Of a stretch of DNA of 64,000 nucleotides, positions 26,590 through 39,382 are shown piece by piece. The stretch is from NCBI RefSeq assembly GCF_036321535.1, contig NC_087447.1, positions 37,636,001 to 37,700,000 on the forward strand, given 5' to 3'. A program made the position numbers and the translations under genes. The stretch's first letter is position 1. Every line of letters starts with the position of its first letter. Source of the stretch: Camelus dromedarius. Its lineage: Eukaryota. The notes under the pieces were generated by a model. The model did no database searches, had not been told where the DNA came from, and saw only the letters and a program-made list of their open reading frames with translations.

Positions 26590-28361
26590 CTGGAAAAGAG
26601 AATTGAGAGGCTAAGAAAATGGGCACACCTGAGCCAAAAGGTACTTTGTACAGACAGGTGAGCCAGGGGCTATAAAGTTTTCCTGTAGCCCATGACTCCT
26701 TACAGTCCATCTGGCCCATCCTTCCATGGTATTTTCTTCCGTCCTTATGGGCTTCTGCCACCCAGATGTGCTTTCCCAGTGACTGATGCCCATTCATCAG
26801 CACGTAGCCCTGGGATGGCCCCCAGAGGCCTCAGGACACCATTGGAGAGAACAGGGTCACCTGGGGGAAGGTGGAGCCTCCATCATCTTTCTACAGGGTC
26901 CCTTTGGCCTCAGGCCCTGAAAAGCAGACAGAACTGGCAGATTTCTGGCTAGCCCCTGCCCTGGATTAGATCCCCTCCATCCCAGCTCCTTGCCTGATAC
27001 TGAACCCCACCTACTTTCAACCTGAAATGAATGGAGACTAAGGTTAAGAGAGAGATCATGACGAGGAAACTAAAGGCAGCATCACACCGCAGGCTTCAGG
27101 TCTGATGTGGAATCTGATGAGAGCTCATGCTCAGCTGTACTCAGAGGTCTGTGGCCCACAGGCCTCATGTATCAGTCATCACTGAGGGGCTCTGCCTGCC
27201 GGAAAGGGGTGGTGACATCAGGTGGACAGTGAGCCGTGGCTACAATCTTGTGGGCTGGCAGCCAAGAGGCCACCCCTTCCCCACCCCCTGGCATAGTCAA
27301 GGTTGCACAGAAAACTCACGGCATAAAACTAGATTAAGGAATGAGCCAGCAAGGGACCCGCTGCAGACCCCCAGTTCTTCAGGGTGCCAAACACCACGGG
27401 ATATATTGGAAATGTGGCACCTGTGAACCCAGATGACACCCATGACACTGCTCCTGACACACATTTTAGCAAAATGAAAATCCACCCACTTTCGTAGAAG
27501 TGGACAGCACTCTCAAGTAGTAATTAAGAGAAATTAAAATAAAATAACACTTTTCCGTGGTGCAGGTTTCTCTCTCTTGAAAGGCTCCTTCAAAGCCTGT
27601 CACACTTTAGAACCCTAGGCCATGCCCCGACCTCAGTCAGCAGATGACAGTCCCCTGAGGACAGGTCAGGCAGCTAAATCATACGCAGCAACGTGATGTT
27701 TACCAACAGAGTGTATTCTCTAGATTTTAGTTTGTTCAATATTGGTATACTATGCTGGATAATAAATACACACAAAAAATCTCTTCTTTTAAATAGAAAG
27801 GAAAAAAGTTTGCCACATTATTAGAATCTTTATCTCCTCCCTTCCCCACTAAACACATGCTGGAAAGGGACATGCCTTCTTAGGCTGCTGTCCTTTCCAG
27901 TTCAGACCTGGTCCAGGGCTGGGCGGGTGAGCGTGATAGGTGGCTGGGCAGGGGAGGGACAGGAGATACCCTCAAGGCTTCATCCTGAAGGCCACTCTGT
28001 ACCACCAGGTGTTTTATGAGGGGAGTGACAAGCTCCTATTTGCATTTTAGAAAGATAATAGGACTAAAGGAGATTTAGTCCTTAGAAGCTCTTTTCTCCC
28101 CTCTGTTTTAGGATTGTGAGTGTTTAGGGCTGAGTGGAAGGAGTTAGAAGAAAAATATGAGCGTGAAGAAGCAGTCAAAATACAGAATGTTCTCAAGGGG
28201 CATAAAGGACAGAGTCTTACGAGGAAGGATTCACAAGGCCAAGACTCTGTCAGGCTGCAGTTTATTTGGTCTTCTCTGGGCTGTGAGCACAGGGGCCACT
28301 CCCCTCCAACCATCACCAGCCCGGCCTCTGAATAAAGACGCCTGCTTGACATACAAAATGA

Positions 28362-28444
28362 AAAGAGAAGGAAGGAAGGAAAGAAGGAAAGAAGGAAGGA
28401 AAGAAGGAAAGAAGGAAGGAAGGAAGGAACGAAGGAAGGAAAGG
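28362..28444. repeat. (GAAG/GAAA)n tetranucleotide microsatellite
   Basis: Seen directly. Confidence 0.95.
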
Positions 28445-29076
28445 CAAAATAAAAAAGGAAATCTTTGCAACATCAAGTTCATTACACAATTATTAGCTGT
28501 GCCACAGGCACAGGTAGGTCTTTGTGTCAGACTAATTTAGATCCTGTTAATGAAAATTACTTCCTCTTTACAGAACCTGTACCCCATGTGGTCTTCTGAG
28601 GTGCAGATGAAGTATTCAATTAGGCACAATTTGAATAAATGCTAATTATGCCCTGCTTTGAGTCCCCCTTCTGAAACATCCTTGTGTGTACCATGATGTA
28701 GAGGGAAGGGGAGATCAACGTTGCTCCTCAGTCAGACCTGGGCCTGGGGTTTTAGGGACAACTGGGTTACCTTGTTAGCTACAAGCTAGCAATGCTGTCA
28801 GGGGACAGAGTACAGGAGCCAGGTGCACAGTTTTCCCCTGGCCCAGGTGAGTTCATTCCTGTCTGATGATTTTTAATCAAGTTCTGTTCCTCCTGAGTGA
28901 GAGGGTACTAGTCCCTCTGTAGCTATTTAGTGAATACAGAGGGTATCAGCCTTGGGAGAGGCCCTAGGGAAGAGGCAGGGTAGAGGAATGGCTAAGTGCA
29001 AGGACCAGCCTATCATTTATTTTCCATCGGATCTTGGCCGTGGTACTCAACCTTTCTGTGCCCTGGTTAATGAAGG

Positions 29077-29562
29077 TATATTAGTTTTCTGTTGCTGCTA
29101 AAACAAATTACCACAAACTCAGTGGTTTAAAACCACACCATTTTATCCTGCAGTGCTGGAGGTCAGAAGTCCACAATGAGTCTTATGGAGCTAAAATCAA
29201 GGCATTGACAGAGCTGCATTCCTTCTAGGGGCTCGAGGGGAGAGTCCATGTCCTTGCCTTTTCCAGTGTCTAGAAGCTGCTCACACTCCTTGGCTCCTGC
29301 CACCCCCACCACCATCGCTCTGACCGCTGCTTCCTTAATCACATCTCACACTCTGACTCTGAGCTGTCTGCCTCCTACTTATAAGAATCGCTCTGGTTAC
29401 ATTGGGCCCACATGTCTAATACAGGATAATAACCCTGTACCATGATCTTTAATTTAATCACATCTGAAGAACATCCCTTTTGCCATGTAAGGTAGCCTAT
29501 TCACAGGTTTGAGGGATTAGGACACGGGCATCTTTGGAGGAGCCATTAGCTGGCCCTCTACA
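29077..29562 (-). mobile_element. MLT1-type MaLR solo LTR
   Basis: tatattagttttctgttgctgct...acaaattaccacaaactcagtggtttaaa; near-matching 5-bp flanks gaagg/gaagt. Confidence 0.85.
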
Positions 29563-30183
29563 GAAGTTAAAGGTAATTCATAAGACTGTTACGAGCATTA
29601 CATGACTTAATGTTTTGTCAAGCACCGAGAGTATGTGTTATAAAATGAATGTACTCTGCCCCCAGGCAACAGAGCCTGAAAGGGACCCTGGCCTTGAAAG
29701 ACTGTGTCAAGTACTAACCAGTGCAACACCTCATGTTGTCAAGATGTGTGGCCAATGTGAGATCCCTCCCAACAGAGGCAAGGTCCCAGAGCGGGAGGAG
29801 CCTTTCCCAGGGGAGAACCCAACCAACTGTGTTCATGACTTTCTGTGGCATTTTAAAATCATTTTTCCTCTGACTTCCCAAAGACCTTAGGAAAACTGAG
29901 GCGAATAGCAAATGGAACCAGAGTAACAGGAAATCTCATATCACTGGTTCAAAAAGAAATGCCCTTGTGTGGTAAGAAGGAGGTCAGCAAAGCCTTCTGG
30001 TGTCAGTATATATGTAGACGAGAAGGTTTACTCTGTAAAGGCTTACTTTTCACAAACTAACCTCAGGCTCGTCTGCATCCTTTACAATGTCTCAGCAGTC
30101 AGCCCTGATCACACGCTGACCCTACCCTTGTCCCTTTCCTTTGCTATGTCATGAACACTGAAGACCATACCACTGAAAAGCTT

Positions 30184-30320
30184 ATATAAAATAGATAAAC
30201 AAGGTCCTACTGTGTAGCACAGCTTATATATATACATATAAATAACTGAATCACTATACTGTGCACCAGAAACTAACACAACATTGCAAATCAACTATAC
30301 TTCAATTAAAAAAAAAAAAG
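30184..30320 (+). mobile_element. Short, internally deleted L1 3' end with A-tail
   Basis: aactgaatcactatactgtgcaccagaaactaacacaacattgcaaatcaactatacttcaatt followed by an A-run. Confidence 0.8.
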
Positions 30321-30771
30321 ACAAGTAAGGAGTACCTGGGATACCCAAACAGAGACAGGAGCTCTGATCTGATAGTACTTACAATACAGAAAATCTCGCA
30401 TACATTTAATGAAAAGTTATGATTGCTTTTATGCTGTGTGGAAATTAGGACAAAAAGCCAAGAGTTCATAGAACTGTAATTGGAATTGTTCTTTAATTGC
30501 TAGATGGGGTGTCAGCCTCACAGTATTAGAGAGCATGTAGACGCCAGACCACTGTCTGTGGGCCTGGTTTTCCCTTGGCTGCGTAGGGAGGGGTTTCTGG
30601 AACAGATCAGACCTGGGTGTTGTGATCCTGGTTTTCTCTAAGCCTCTCCAGATAGGCAGAATATATATATGCACGTATATTCATACGCAAGTAAATGCAT
30701 CGCTCCATTTAGTGGCTTATAGTCCTGTCACATGTTCTCTCTGTCTTTCTCTCTCCCTCTCTCTCTCACAC

Positions 30772-31080
30772 AGTGGGAAGTAGGTCATAGACAGTGTGCC
30801 CTCCCTCCCTTGTCTGACCAAAACTTGAAGCAATCACATCCACTGCCAGGCCAGCTATAGACTTGGCCTCTTCTTCAGAAGCGGCCAACCAAGGATTGAC
30901 TTCAACAAGATCCAGTACTGAAAGCAACCCTGTCTTGTGTGTTTGCTCAGTAACATACACGCCTTCTGGATAGGTCAGTCCCCCTGTAACAGGGGCTCCT
31001 ATGGCTGGAGCCAGTGTAGGGTCAAATGTATCAATATCAAAACTCAGATGGATTGGCCTCTGTCTTTTGCTAATCAGCAG
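30772..31080 (-). pseudogene. ARG2: Processed (intronless) arginase-2 fragment, about residues 237-339 of ARG2, inside an INSC intron
   Basis: ORF 30766..31101 reads LLISKRQRPIHLSFDIDTFDPTLAP...GLLSVLDLVEVNP...VIASSFGQTREGGH. It carries the arginase SxDxDxxDP motif and an ARG2-type C-terminus, with no introns at the expected junctions. Confidence 0.93.
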
Positions 31081-31099
31081 AGAGACCCCTGGCCCGTTC

Positions 31100-31330
31100 A
31101 TTATTGAGTATCCACTTGGATTCTAACTATTTTATGAGCATTATGCCATCTAACCACTATAATGACACAAGGAGGGAGGAAATATTAGTATCCCTATTAC
31201 ACAGACGACGGAATTGTGGCTCAGAGAGGTTAAGCAGTTTGTCTGAGGTCACACAGCTAGGAAATGGCAGAATCAGGATATTCACTCAGATCTGTGTGAA
31301 CCCAAAGTCTATACTGTTCCTACTATGTCA
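31100..31330 (-). mobile_element. MIR SINE next to the ARG2 fragment
   Basis: ggctcagagaggttaagcagtttgtctgaggtcacacagctag is the antisense MIR core. Confidence 0.8.
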
Positions 31331-34300
31331 TATATGTATATGATAAGACTTTATAAACTATAGAGAGCTTTTGCAATGTAAGTCAAAATTTTAATTGCTA
31401 CTAACTGGCATTTCTGATAGACTCCTGGTATTCACAGAAAAGTCTCAGAAATGCTACAAAATCTGAACATTCTAAAATGCCAAGCAATGTGTCTTCATGG
31501 GAAGTGAATACACCATCACCTTTCACCTCTGTGAAAGCAATTACTTTCTGAAAGCTGTAAAGTCATGCTCAGTGGAAGTCTCTGCTGTGGATTAGACAAG
31601 ATAAGCACATCCCTTTCACCCAAGGTTGTCACCACTCCACAGGCAGGGCAGAGGTGAGCAGCCCTTTTCCCCCAACCCTATTGTTACACGTGTAGCCAGG
31701 TTCCCTGGGCAGCATGACCCTAGAAAATACTTGCTGGGGATGAAAACACGGGCCACGCAGATGACTCATAAGGCAGGGAGAGTTTCTGGGTGGCTGACCA
31801 CATCCAGCTCGCCTAGATTAGCAGATGGGGCTAGAACAGCCCAGGCCCAAGGCTGCCCTCACCCCTGTCCACACTCCCAGAGTGGGTACAGGACAGGCAT
31901 GGCCACCAAGGCTTCTGTCGGAAAAATTCCGTGGACTCAGCTTGCTAGGATGATGGAGGGGTTCTCCCTGATATGTTCAAACAGAGATGGACAAATACAG
32001 ATCCGAGACCAAGAGGCTCTGCACAGCACTGGCGTCACTGGCAGAAGCATTACCGGAAGACTCACGGGCATTTAATCTCCTAAGTGTTTCAGGGGGCGGT
32101 GAGCACTTCAGAGTCTAATTCATCTTCTTTGTCTTCATTACTGAGAGCGCTCTGATCACCTTAATCCTCCCTCTGCCGCAGGAAAGAGCCGTTTGTTTCT
32201 CTAATGAGTCCGCTCTCACTAGCTAAGTGGTTGCCCTGAGTCAGGGCAGAAGGTGAAGCCATTCTGAGGATGAGGGAGACAAGCCTGGCTCAGAGGTAGG
32301 GAGGGGGATGGAGGGGTGGGGGAGTGCAGCAGGAAAACGCCTGACTCCAGATTCAGAAAGAACTGCCCTCTAAGTAGAACTTGACCACATTCTCTCTCCA
32401 CCTGAGCCCCCTCCTTCCTAGGAATCTGAGGTTTCAAGAGGGGGCCAGTCACTCCTCCTGATGAAAAAGGGTCTCTGCACATAGAGCCATAGGATGTCTA
32501 AGCCAGCAAAGGCCATCCCACCTTGCAGATAAGAAAAATGCCCTCTGAAGGGTCCCCATTCAGGGCTGAGTACCACACATTCAAAGGCCAATAATAATAA
32601 TAGCATTGACAGTGGGTTCCACTTATTTAATAGTTTCTCTGCACCAGGAACTGCACTAAGAGTTTGTATTCATTCGTTTATTCAATTCTTATTTCATCTC
32701 TGTGAGCTTTGTATTATTCAACCCTTTCACAGATGAGAAAAGTGAGGCTCGGAGGAAATTGCCCAAAGTTGCATGATTATACAGCAGAGAAGCTTTGAAC
32801 CCAGGTCATCTGATCCCCAAATCCCTGTACTTAGTGTCTCACTACTGGATCTTGTATGGAATGACCAGAGTTAGCTACAGGAGAGGCACTTAAAGGCAAA
32901 GGGACCTAAAATGTGTCAGGGAGGTAAGAGACGCAGCAACTGGAGGCATCCATCTGAAGAAGAGAAGAGAAGGAGCAAGGCAGATTGTGCAGAGTGAGCT
33001 CTCCAGCCCCATTTCCCACAGCCAAGGACTGTGACTCCCCCTCAAGAGCCTAGTGGCCAACGGCCAGCCCTGTGGGCCACCACTCATCTGTCCATACTGC
33101 CATACCCTGTCTCTGTGAGGGGCTTGTCCAAAGAAGTGAGATTAAACTGGAAGAGAAGTTGCATGAGTTACCATCTCACGCAAGACTTGGAAGGCCAAGC
33201 TGAGGATTTTGGCTAATTCACTATCTGTGCTTCTCCTTGGAACATCAAGTTTGAAAAATAATTATATTCACCACTTACGAAGGACTCAGGGACAAAGCAC
33301 TGTATCAGGTCCTTTACACGTATTGTTTCACTCACCCTCACAATAACCCTGCAAGGTGGACCTAATTAATAGATGAGAAAACCAACGTCCAAGAGGCTAT
33401 GACTTGCCCAAAGTCACCCAATTAATAAGTGGCTCCAGACATGATCGACACTCTGTCTCTCTGACCCCAGAGCTTCACTATCTCCTGTTCATTTTCAGAG
33501 ATGGGAGCAGATGAAAGTCAAAGATCAAAGTCCACTTCAGGCCAGGATTTATTGCTGGCTAGCTACTTGCCAACCATATGATTGGGGGGACACTCTCTAG
33601 AGCCTCAATATTCTTATCTGTAAAATGGGGCAGATATTACCAGCCTCACTGTATTAACAGAACCCTCTTATACAAATGTTTATATACTAGACAATTCTCT
33701 CTTAATGGGAGTGTCTCTGGTCGGCTGCCCTTCCACGGGTGATTCTAATGACAGAGACAACTGATGAAGTTCCAGCCTGCTTCTTCCCTTTTGTGTCCCA
33801 AACAAACATTTAAAGAATTTTGCCCTGGGTACCCGCTCTGGGCTAGAGGCCTGAAGAAATCCTAGGAGAGTACAGCACTTGGGCCGTGCCCTCAGGGGGA
33901 TAAACTGACAACGAAATAACTGGAAAGGAATAAGTATCATCGGAAAAGTCAACACTGCATTGTGAGGTGTGGCCTTCAAGGAAAGGAGGCTCCCAGGGAA
34001 AGCCGTCCATCCGGGAAGGCCTTCCTGAAGTTGCTGGGGTAGGAGCTGCAGTGAGGCTGTGGCAGCTCTGACTGGGTGATGAGGCTGGAAGACACAGGTG
34101 GGGCTGGGGGGCCAGGATGCAGACAGGGGTGAACTGGGTTGGAGGTTGTGGGATCATCCAACACTGAGCTCAGGCACCTGGAGGAATTTTCAGAGAACTA
34201 AAACCCCCAGATCTGCCACCCCCACCTCTGGTAGGGAAATGGGAGGCTGAGCAGAGCAGAGATGGGACAGCATAGAATTCCACAACCTTAGAGCTCAAAG

Positions 34301-34842
34301 GCCCTTGAAAACCCCCTCACTCAATGGTTTCAAACACATTTAGTAGTAAAATCCTTTTTCTCCGAACAAAACTTTATGTGGAACTCAAATATACAAAAAA
34401 AAAAAAAAAAATTGAGACTGATACAGTGATTGAGACCCGAATCTAGGCTCTGCTCCAAGCCCGTGTCATGGAGGCAGAAATAGAAAGAAACTCACTGCCA
34501 GTACAATATCAGACAATCAGGCGCCCAGATGGCTGGACAGAGTCTAGGGATTTTCCCATGATGCCTCTCTGACCCCCCAGGATGGACAGGTTTGGATGGA
34601 GATGGAGGAACCCCTGTAGTGGCTGGGATGGGCAAAGGGAGTGGGAAGTGGGCTCGTGCAGATGCTCCAAGGACAACAAGGCATGTTGAGAACATATTCC
34701 TTTTCCTTCAGATGAAACTCGACTACCAGGACTGACTGTGTGCTGCAGGCCATGCTGCCCCTCCCTGGAACCTCAGCCCTGGCCTCCTGCCCTCTGTCTT
34801 CATGGTGACAGGTTCTGGGCTGGTTCCTCCTGAGCTGCTCAC

Positions 34843-35021
34843 CTGGTCCCGGGTGTAAGGCGTATCTACCCTCTGCTTGTCGCTGCAGGCCTCCAGAAGG
34901 ACGCGGATGGCATTCAGCTGCAGGAGCATCTCACAGGCCATCGTGTCAAAGAAGGTGATGTTGGCAAGGGCCGCAGAGGCCAGCAGGAAGACTTCCCCGG
35001 ACGAGGCCTCTTGGCACAGTT
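34843..35021 (-). CDS. INSC: INSC internal coding exon (K-LCQEASSGEVFLLASAALANITFFDTMACEMLLQLNAIRVLLEACSDKQRVDTPYTRDQ), 179 bp, phase 1/0
   Basis: CAG acceptor at 35022-35024; GTGAG donor at 34838-34842; frame continuous with both neighbouring exons. Confidence 0.96.
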
Positions 35022-35219
35022 CTGGATGGTGAAGAGGAAGAAAACAACTTCACTGTCGAGTGCTTTCATGTCAGCTACCTCATCTGGTTCCCACAATAGC
35101 TCTGGGAGAAAATCTGGGCAGGCGTTATCATTCCCATTTTACAGATGAAGAAAGTAGTTACTGGAGAGGGAAGCTTATCTGTCTACAGAAGTAGCAGGGC
35201 TGGCATTTGAAGCCTGATG

Positions 35220-35610
35220 CGTGAGTCCTAATCACACCTTCATCCAACAAGTATTTACTAAGTGAACACTGGGTTCCAGGCACCCTGGTGTTTTCAGATA
35301 GGCTGATGAACAAAAAAGATCAGGTTTTGTTTCTGTTAAGCTCACATCCTAATAGTGGGCAAAAGAAAATGAGCTTTTAAAAAGTCAATATAAATAATTG
35401 CAATTTCTAATAAATGTGAGGGTGAAAATAAACAGGTTCTAAGACAGAGAATAACTAGAGGCCCACTGGGTACATGAGGAAGTTCTCCCTGAAATGTGAC
35501 TTTACAACTGAGACCTTAGGGGGAAAATGAAGCAATCATGGGGGTATTTGGGGGAAGAGCATATTCCAAGCCAAAGGAACAGCATGTACAAAGGCCCTGC
35601 GGCAGGAAAG
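35220..35610 (-). mobile_element. L2 fragment
   Basis: caacaagtatttact...ggaagagcatattccaagcc...aacagcatgtacaaaggccctg is typical antisense L2. Confidence 0.65.
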
Positions 35611-37621
35611 AGCACCTAGTCCATGAGTGTCTCCAGTCATGTACACTAGACTGCTGCTGAATTTGCCTTGAGAAAGAAGCTGAAATTAAAACGTAAAGAC
35701 TCTATCTCTTCAGCTGCCATCAGCAAAGCCTCAGGAGTTTCTTTTGGTCCCAGGATAAGTGTCAGCTCACTGCAGAAAATCCTACACCGAGCCCCTGAAT
35801 GTCAGGCTCTTTCTCTCTGACCCAGTCCTAAGCACATTCCCCCCCTCATCTTCTGTAATTGAATTGAGGGTCTTTAAGGAGAAGGGGACCACCCCCCACC
35901 CCTGCATCCCTCCCCCACCTAACACCTTCCTCCATGGGCTCCACATGACCTAGAATGGACTCCTGCCTCAGAGAAGACACAAAAGGGTTCATGATGCTGC
36001 CCACCCGTCCCAGTGGCCCTGACTTCTGACCCTCAGCTCCACCTTGACCATCAGTCAAAGTGCTTCCTGGGTTCAGGCCCCCTTCTACCGATAACAGCTC
36101 TATAAAAATACAGGAAGAGAAGCCACGCTTTAAGAAAATAGCCATAAGAGAGGAGGAAAGTTTCCAGGGCAGAGCTGAGCTATGCTCTATCCTGGTTTCT
36201 AGCTCTTGCTTCCAAAGAGTCTACTTCCAGGTTCTGATATTAAAATTGGCACCTCTTGGCACCTTCCAGTGATTGCAGTTTCTGGTCCCTACCTATAAAG
36301 GGACAGAAAATAGCCTTAGTTGAACCCCCTGCAGTGTGTCTTGCACTGTGCCATTTATTTCTGAGCATCTTTAGAGCAGCAGAGGGTCGCTCCATTTACC
36401 GACGTAGGAGCTGAGATCCAGAGAAGCTGGTAGCCAGAGCAGCGGCTGCACTGATGGAGTGTTTACTCCAGGTCGGGCACTGCTGTATATTCTTCATCTC
36501 ATTAGGTCACTCCATCCTCACAACAACCCAACTGCTTATCAAATTTTATAGATGAAGGGACTGAGGATTCAAATGTTAAATGATTTTTCCCCAAATTGTG
36601 GCGCTGAGGAGTGATGGTAATCTGAGGGGCCTAGAATCAAATCCAGGTCCACCTAACTCCGAAGTCCTCATCCTTCCTACTCGCCAGGCTGCCTCTTGTC
36701 TCTAGGCCTCTTTGCCTCATCCCCAGGGATGCTCTTGCAGCTCTAGCTTCATTTCTATTAAAGGAGGAGGGCAATGCCTGCCTCTGGGCAGCGCTGCTCC
36801 CCACAGCCCAGGTGTGACCACTCCACTAAACAACCGAAAATCTTGATTTGGCCCCTCCTGGGCTGGGCCAGCAGATTAGCCAAGGAATTAAGAACTCAAT
36901 GATTTCCCCTTTTCCAATAACTGCCTTATCCTCTGACTTTGTGGGAACCACCAGGGTCAGCCAATCCCTTCCAGGCCACTTCCCCTGCATCCAGGGTATG
37001 GGAGTGAGACCACACAAACTGGCCCGCTTTTCTGCATGATTTCTTCTAAGTCCAAACACCTATTCTCATTCTTATGCAGTCACCATTGCTGCTGACACAG
37101 CAATTATTAACACCAGCAGCTAAGTGCCTTTTAATTTTGATGCACATTTATTTGAACTACAGTCTGAGTCACCTGGTGTGTGTTAGGAAGATTAAATTGA
37201 GGATTCCAGTGACTCATTTATAAATGTTTCCAGGGAATGGCAAGAAATTGGAGGACTATTTCCCACCAAAGAACAGAGCCCTGGCTTCCTGCCCAGAAGA
37301 TATATCCCATCTGCTGACTCTCAGAGCAGACTCCACAATGTATCTTCATCACAGTGAAATAAATAGGGAGACTCTTCTCCGGGCAGAAATACAGCCCAGG
37401 CAAAGAAGGAGGAATGGACACAGGACAATAATGAAAAGTCATTTGGAATACATACGTTTTGATTTATTGTTTGCAATCATTTATAAATTGGGAGATTTTC
37501 TATAAAACAGGATTTTTGTCTTTTTTTTTTAATTGGCCTTTCTTACATGGCAATAATCAACCAGAGTTTATCAGTGACTGCCCCTCTTTAGTCACTGCAC
37601 ATGTTTTTAAATTCAATACGT

Positions 37622-37950
37622 GGGGAGGAGAAGGTAAAGTTCAGTGGTAGAGCACGTGCTTAGCATGCACGAGGTCCTGGGTTCAATCCCTAGTACTTCC
37701 ATTAAAAATAAATAAATATTGACACAACATTGTAAAATGATTATAACTCAATAAAAAATGTTTAAAAAGAAGAAAAAAAGAAATTACATTAATAAAAGAA
37801 GGAAAATAGAAAATAAATAAATATAAAAATATTTTTAATTAAAAAAATTTTTTAATAAATAAAAACCTAATTATCTCCTCCCCTCAAAAACAAAGACAAA
37901 AAAAGAAATAAAAATGTACAAAATAAGACAACTCAAAAATATTAAATAAA
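37622..37950 (+). mobile_element. tRNA-Ala-derived SINE (camelid Vic-1 type) with an A-rich tail
   Basis: tcagtggtagagcacgtgcttagcatgcacgaggtcctgggttcaatccc contains the A box, AGC anticodon arm and B box. It is followed by an aaacctaattatctcctcccc segment, with a probable TSD taaattcaata/taaattcagta. Confidence 0.85.
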
Positions 37951-39382
37951 TAAATTCAGTATAGGACTCAAGCCTCCTGATTCTCTTCTTCCTTCCCTTC
38001 AGCTCATGTGTGTTACCCGCCTGACTCTGGCGCGTGACTGAGCACGACACTCCTGGCAGAAGTGACCCCTAACACAGTTGTGTGGCCTTGAGAAGGCCCC
38101 TCAAGCCCTCTGGGCCTAGGCTTCCTCTCTTATAGAATGAATGGGCATTACACTTTATGGTCGCTTGAGTTCCCTCCAGCCAAGACTTTCCACAATGGGC
38201 TTCTGTGTTTTCTCAACTTTGAGTAAGTGTGGATGTTGACAAGTTGATTTCTCCCAGCTTGGCCTGTGAGTGCCACGGCCCCAGGCACTAGAATTAGCCA
38301 TAAAGTCAACTTAACTGAGTCCTCCTAGGTGCAAAGTACTTGCAGGTCTAAAAATTCTAGAGCTAGCATGACCCCTGAGGTCCGACCCCTTGCTTTGTCT
38401 GGTAGGAAAATTGCACGGTGGGCTTTGCAGTGTGACACAGCTTGTGAGCGGCAGCGTCTCACACAGGCCAGCACAGGGTTAGTGGTCAATAGCTATTTGC
38501 TGAATGGATGAATCAGAGACCAAAAACCAAGCCCAAGTGTTCGGACTGCAAGTCCACTGGTCTGTGCTGCCCCTAAATTTGTGCTATTCCAGATATTCCC
38601 AGCCCTAGGTTTGGTAACACCCAGTGTTAACCCTACATTTTCTGATGGAATCCATTTTCCTTCAGTTTCAATAAGATACAGATACAGAGACAGTGACAGA
38701 GATGGGGACCGAAGCAGAAATACAAACCATCACCAGCGCTTATAAAAGAGAGGATGTGATTTGTAAAACAAGTGTCCTGAGGACTGTCATCCAGATGAGC
38801 CCTTCCAGTTTCTGCAGTTTGGGGAGGGGAAACTGCAGGAAGAGTGTATTTTGTAATTCCGGGCTCTGCTTCTCCCCGCCGGAGCACACATGTCGGAACA
38901 GGGGAATAGGATAGCCAAAGCTCTCAGGGCCCCCCAAAGCAAGGACAGTGGTGGGATTGCAGGCAGCCGGCCGTGTGAGTGGGCTTCTCTGAGGAGCCGC
39001 TTGCCCCCAGTCTTTGCTGCCACATTTGCTGGGCATAATAGACTGAGATTTCAGGAACAAAGCCCACCAGAGTCTCTCTGGCTAAGGATCTGGTCAAGGT
39101 CTCAACATTTGAGGCCCCACTCTTCCCTGGGGCTTGTCCTGGTCTCCTTGCTGAAAGGCCAATGAATCCCAACCTGACCTCAATTCAAGGAGACTTGACA
39201 ACAGGGCTCTTTAAAGCCTGACTCTGACACTTCACAGCTGGGATTTCAGCTGGTGTGATTCCCATGCAGGAGGTATGTGGGGTGCAGTGAGTGGGGGGCA
39301 GGGAGACCCTCCTGTTCCTTCCTGAAGACCACTGTGACAAGGCCCCCTCACCCAGCATCCCCTCCCGCCCCAGACAACTCAC

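Noticed and set aside
30766..31101. A functional nested arginase gene
   Set aside because: No N-terminal arginase sequence was found in the window, and conserved motifs are mutated.
37630..37702. tRNA-Ala(AGC)-like sequence
   Set aside because: The acceptor stem is degenerate, there is no oligo-T terminator, and it is followed by a SINE body, A-tail and TSD. It is a SINE head, not a tRNA gene.
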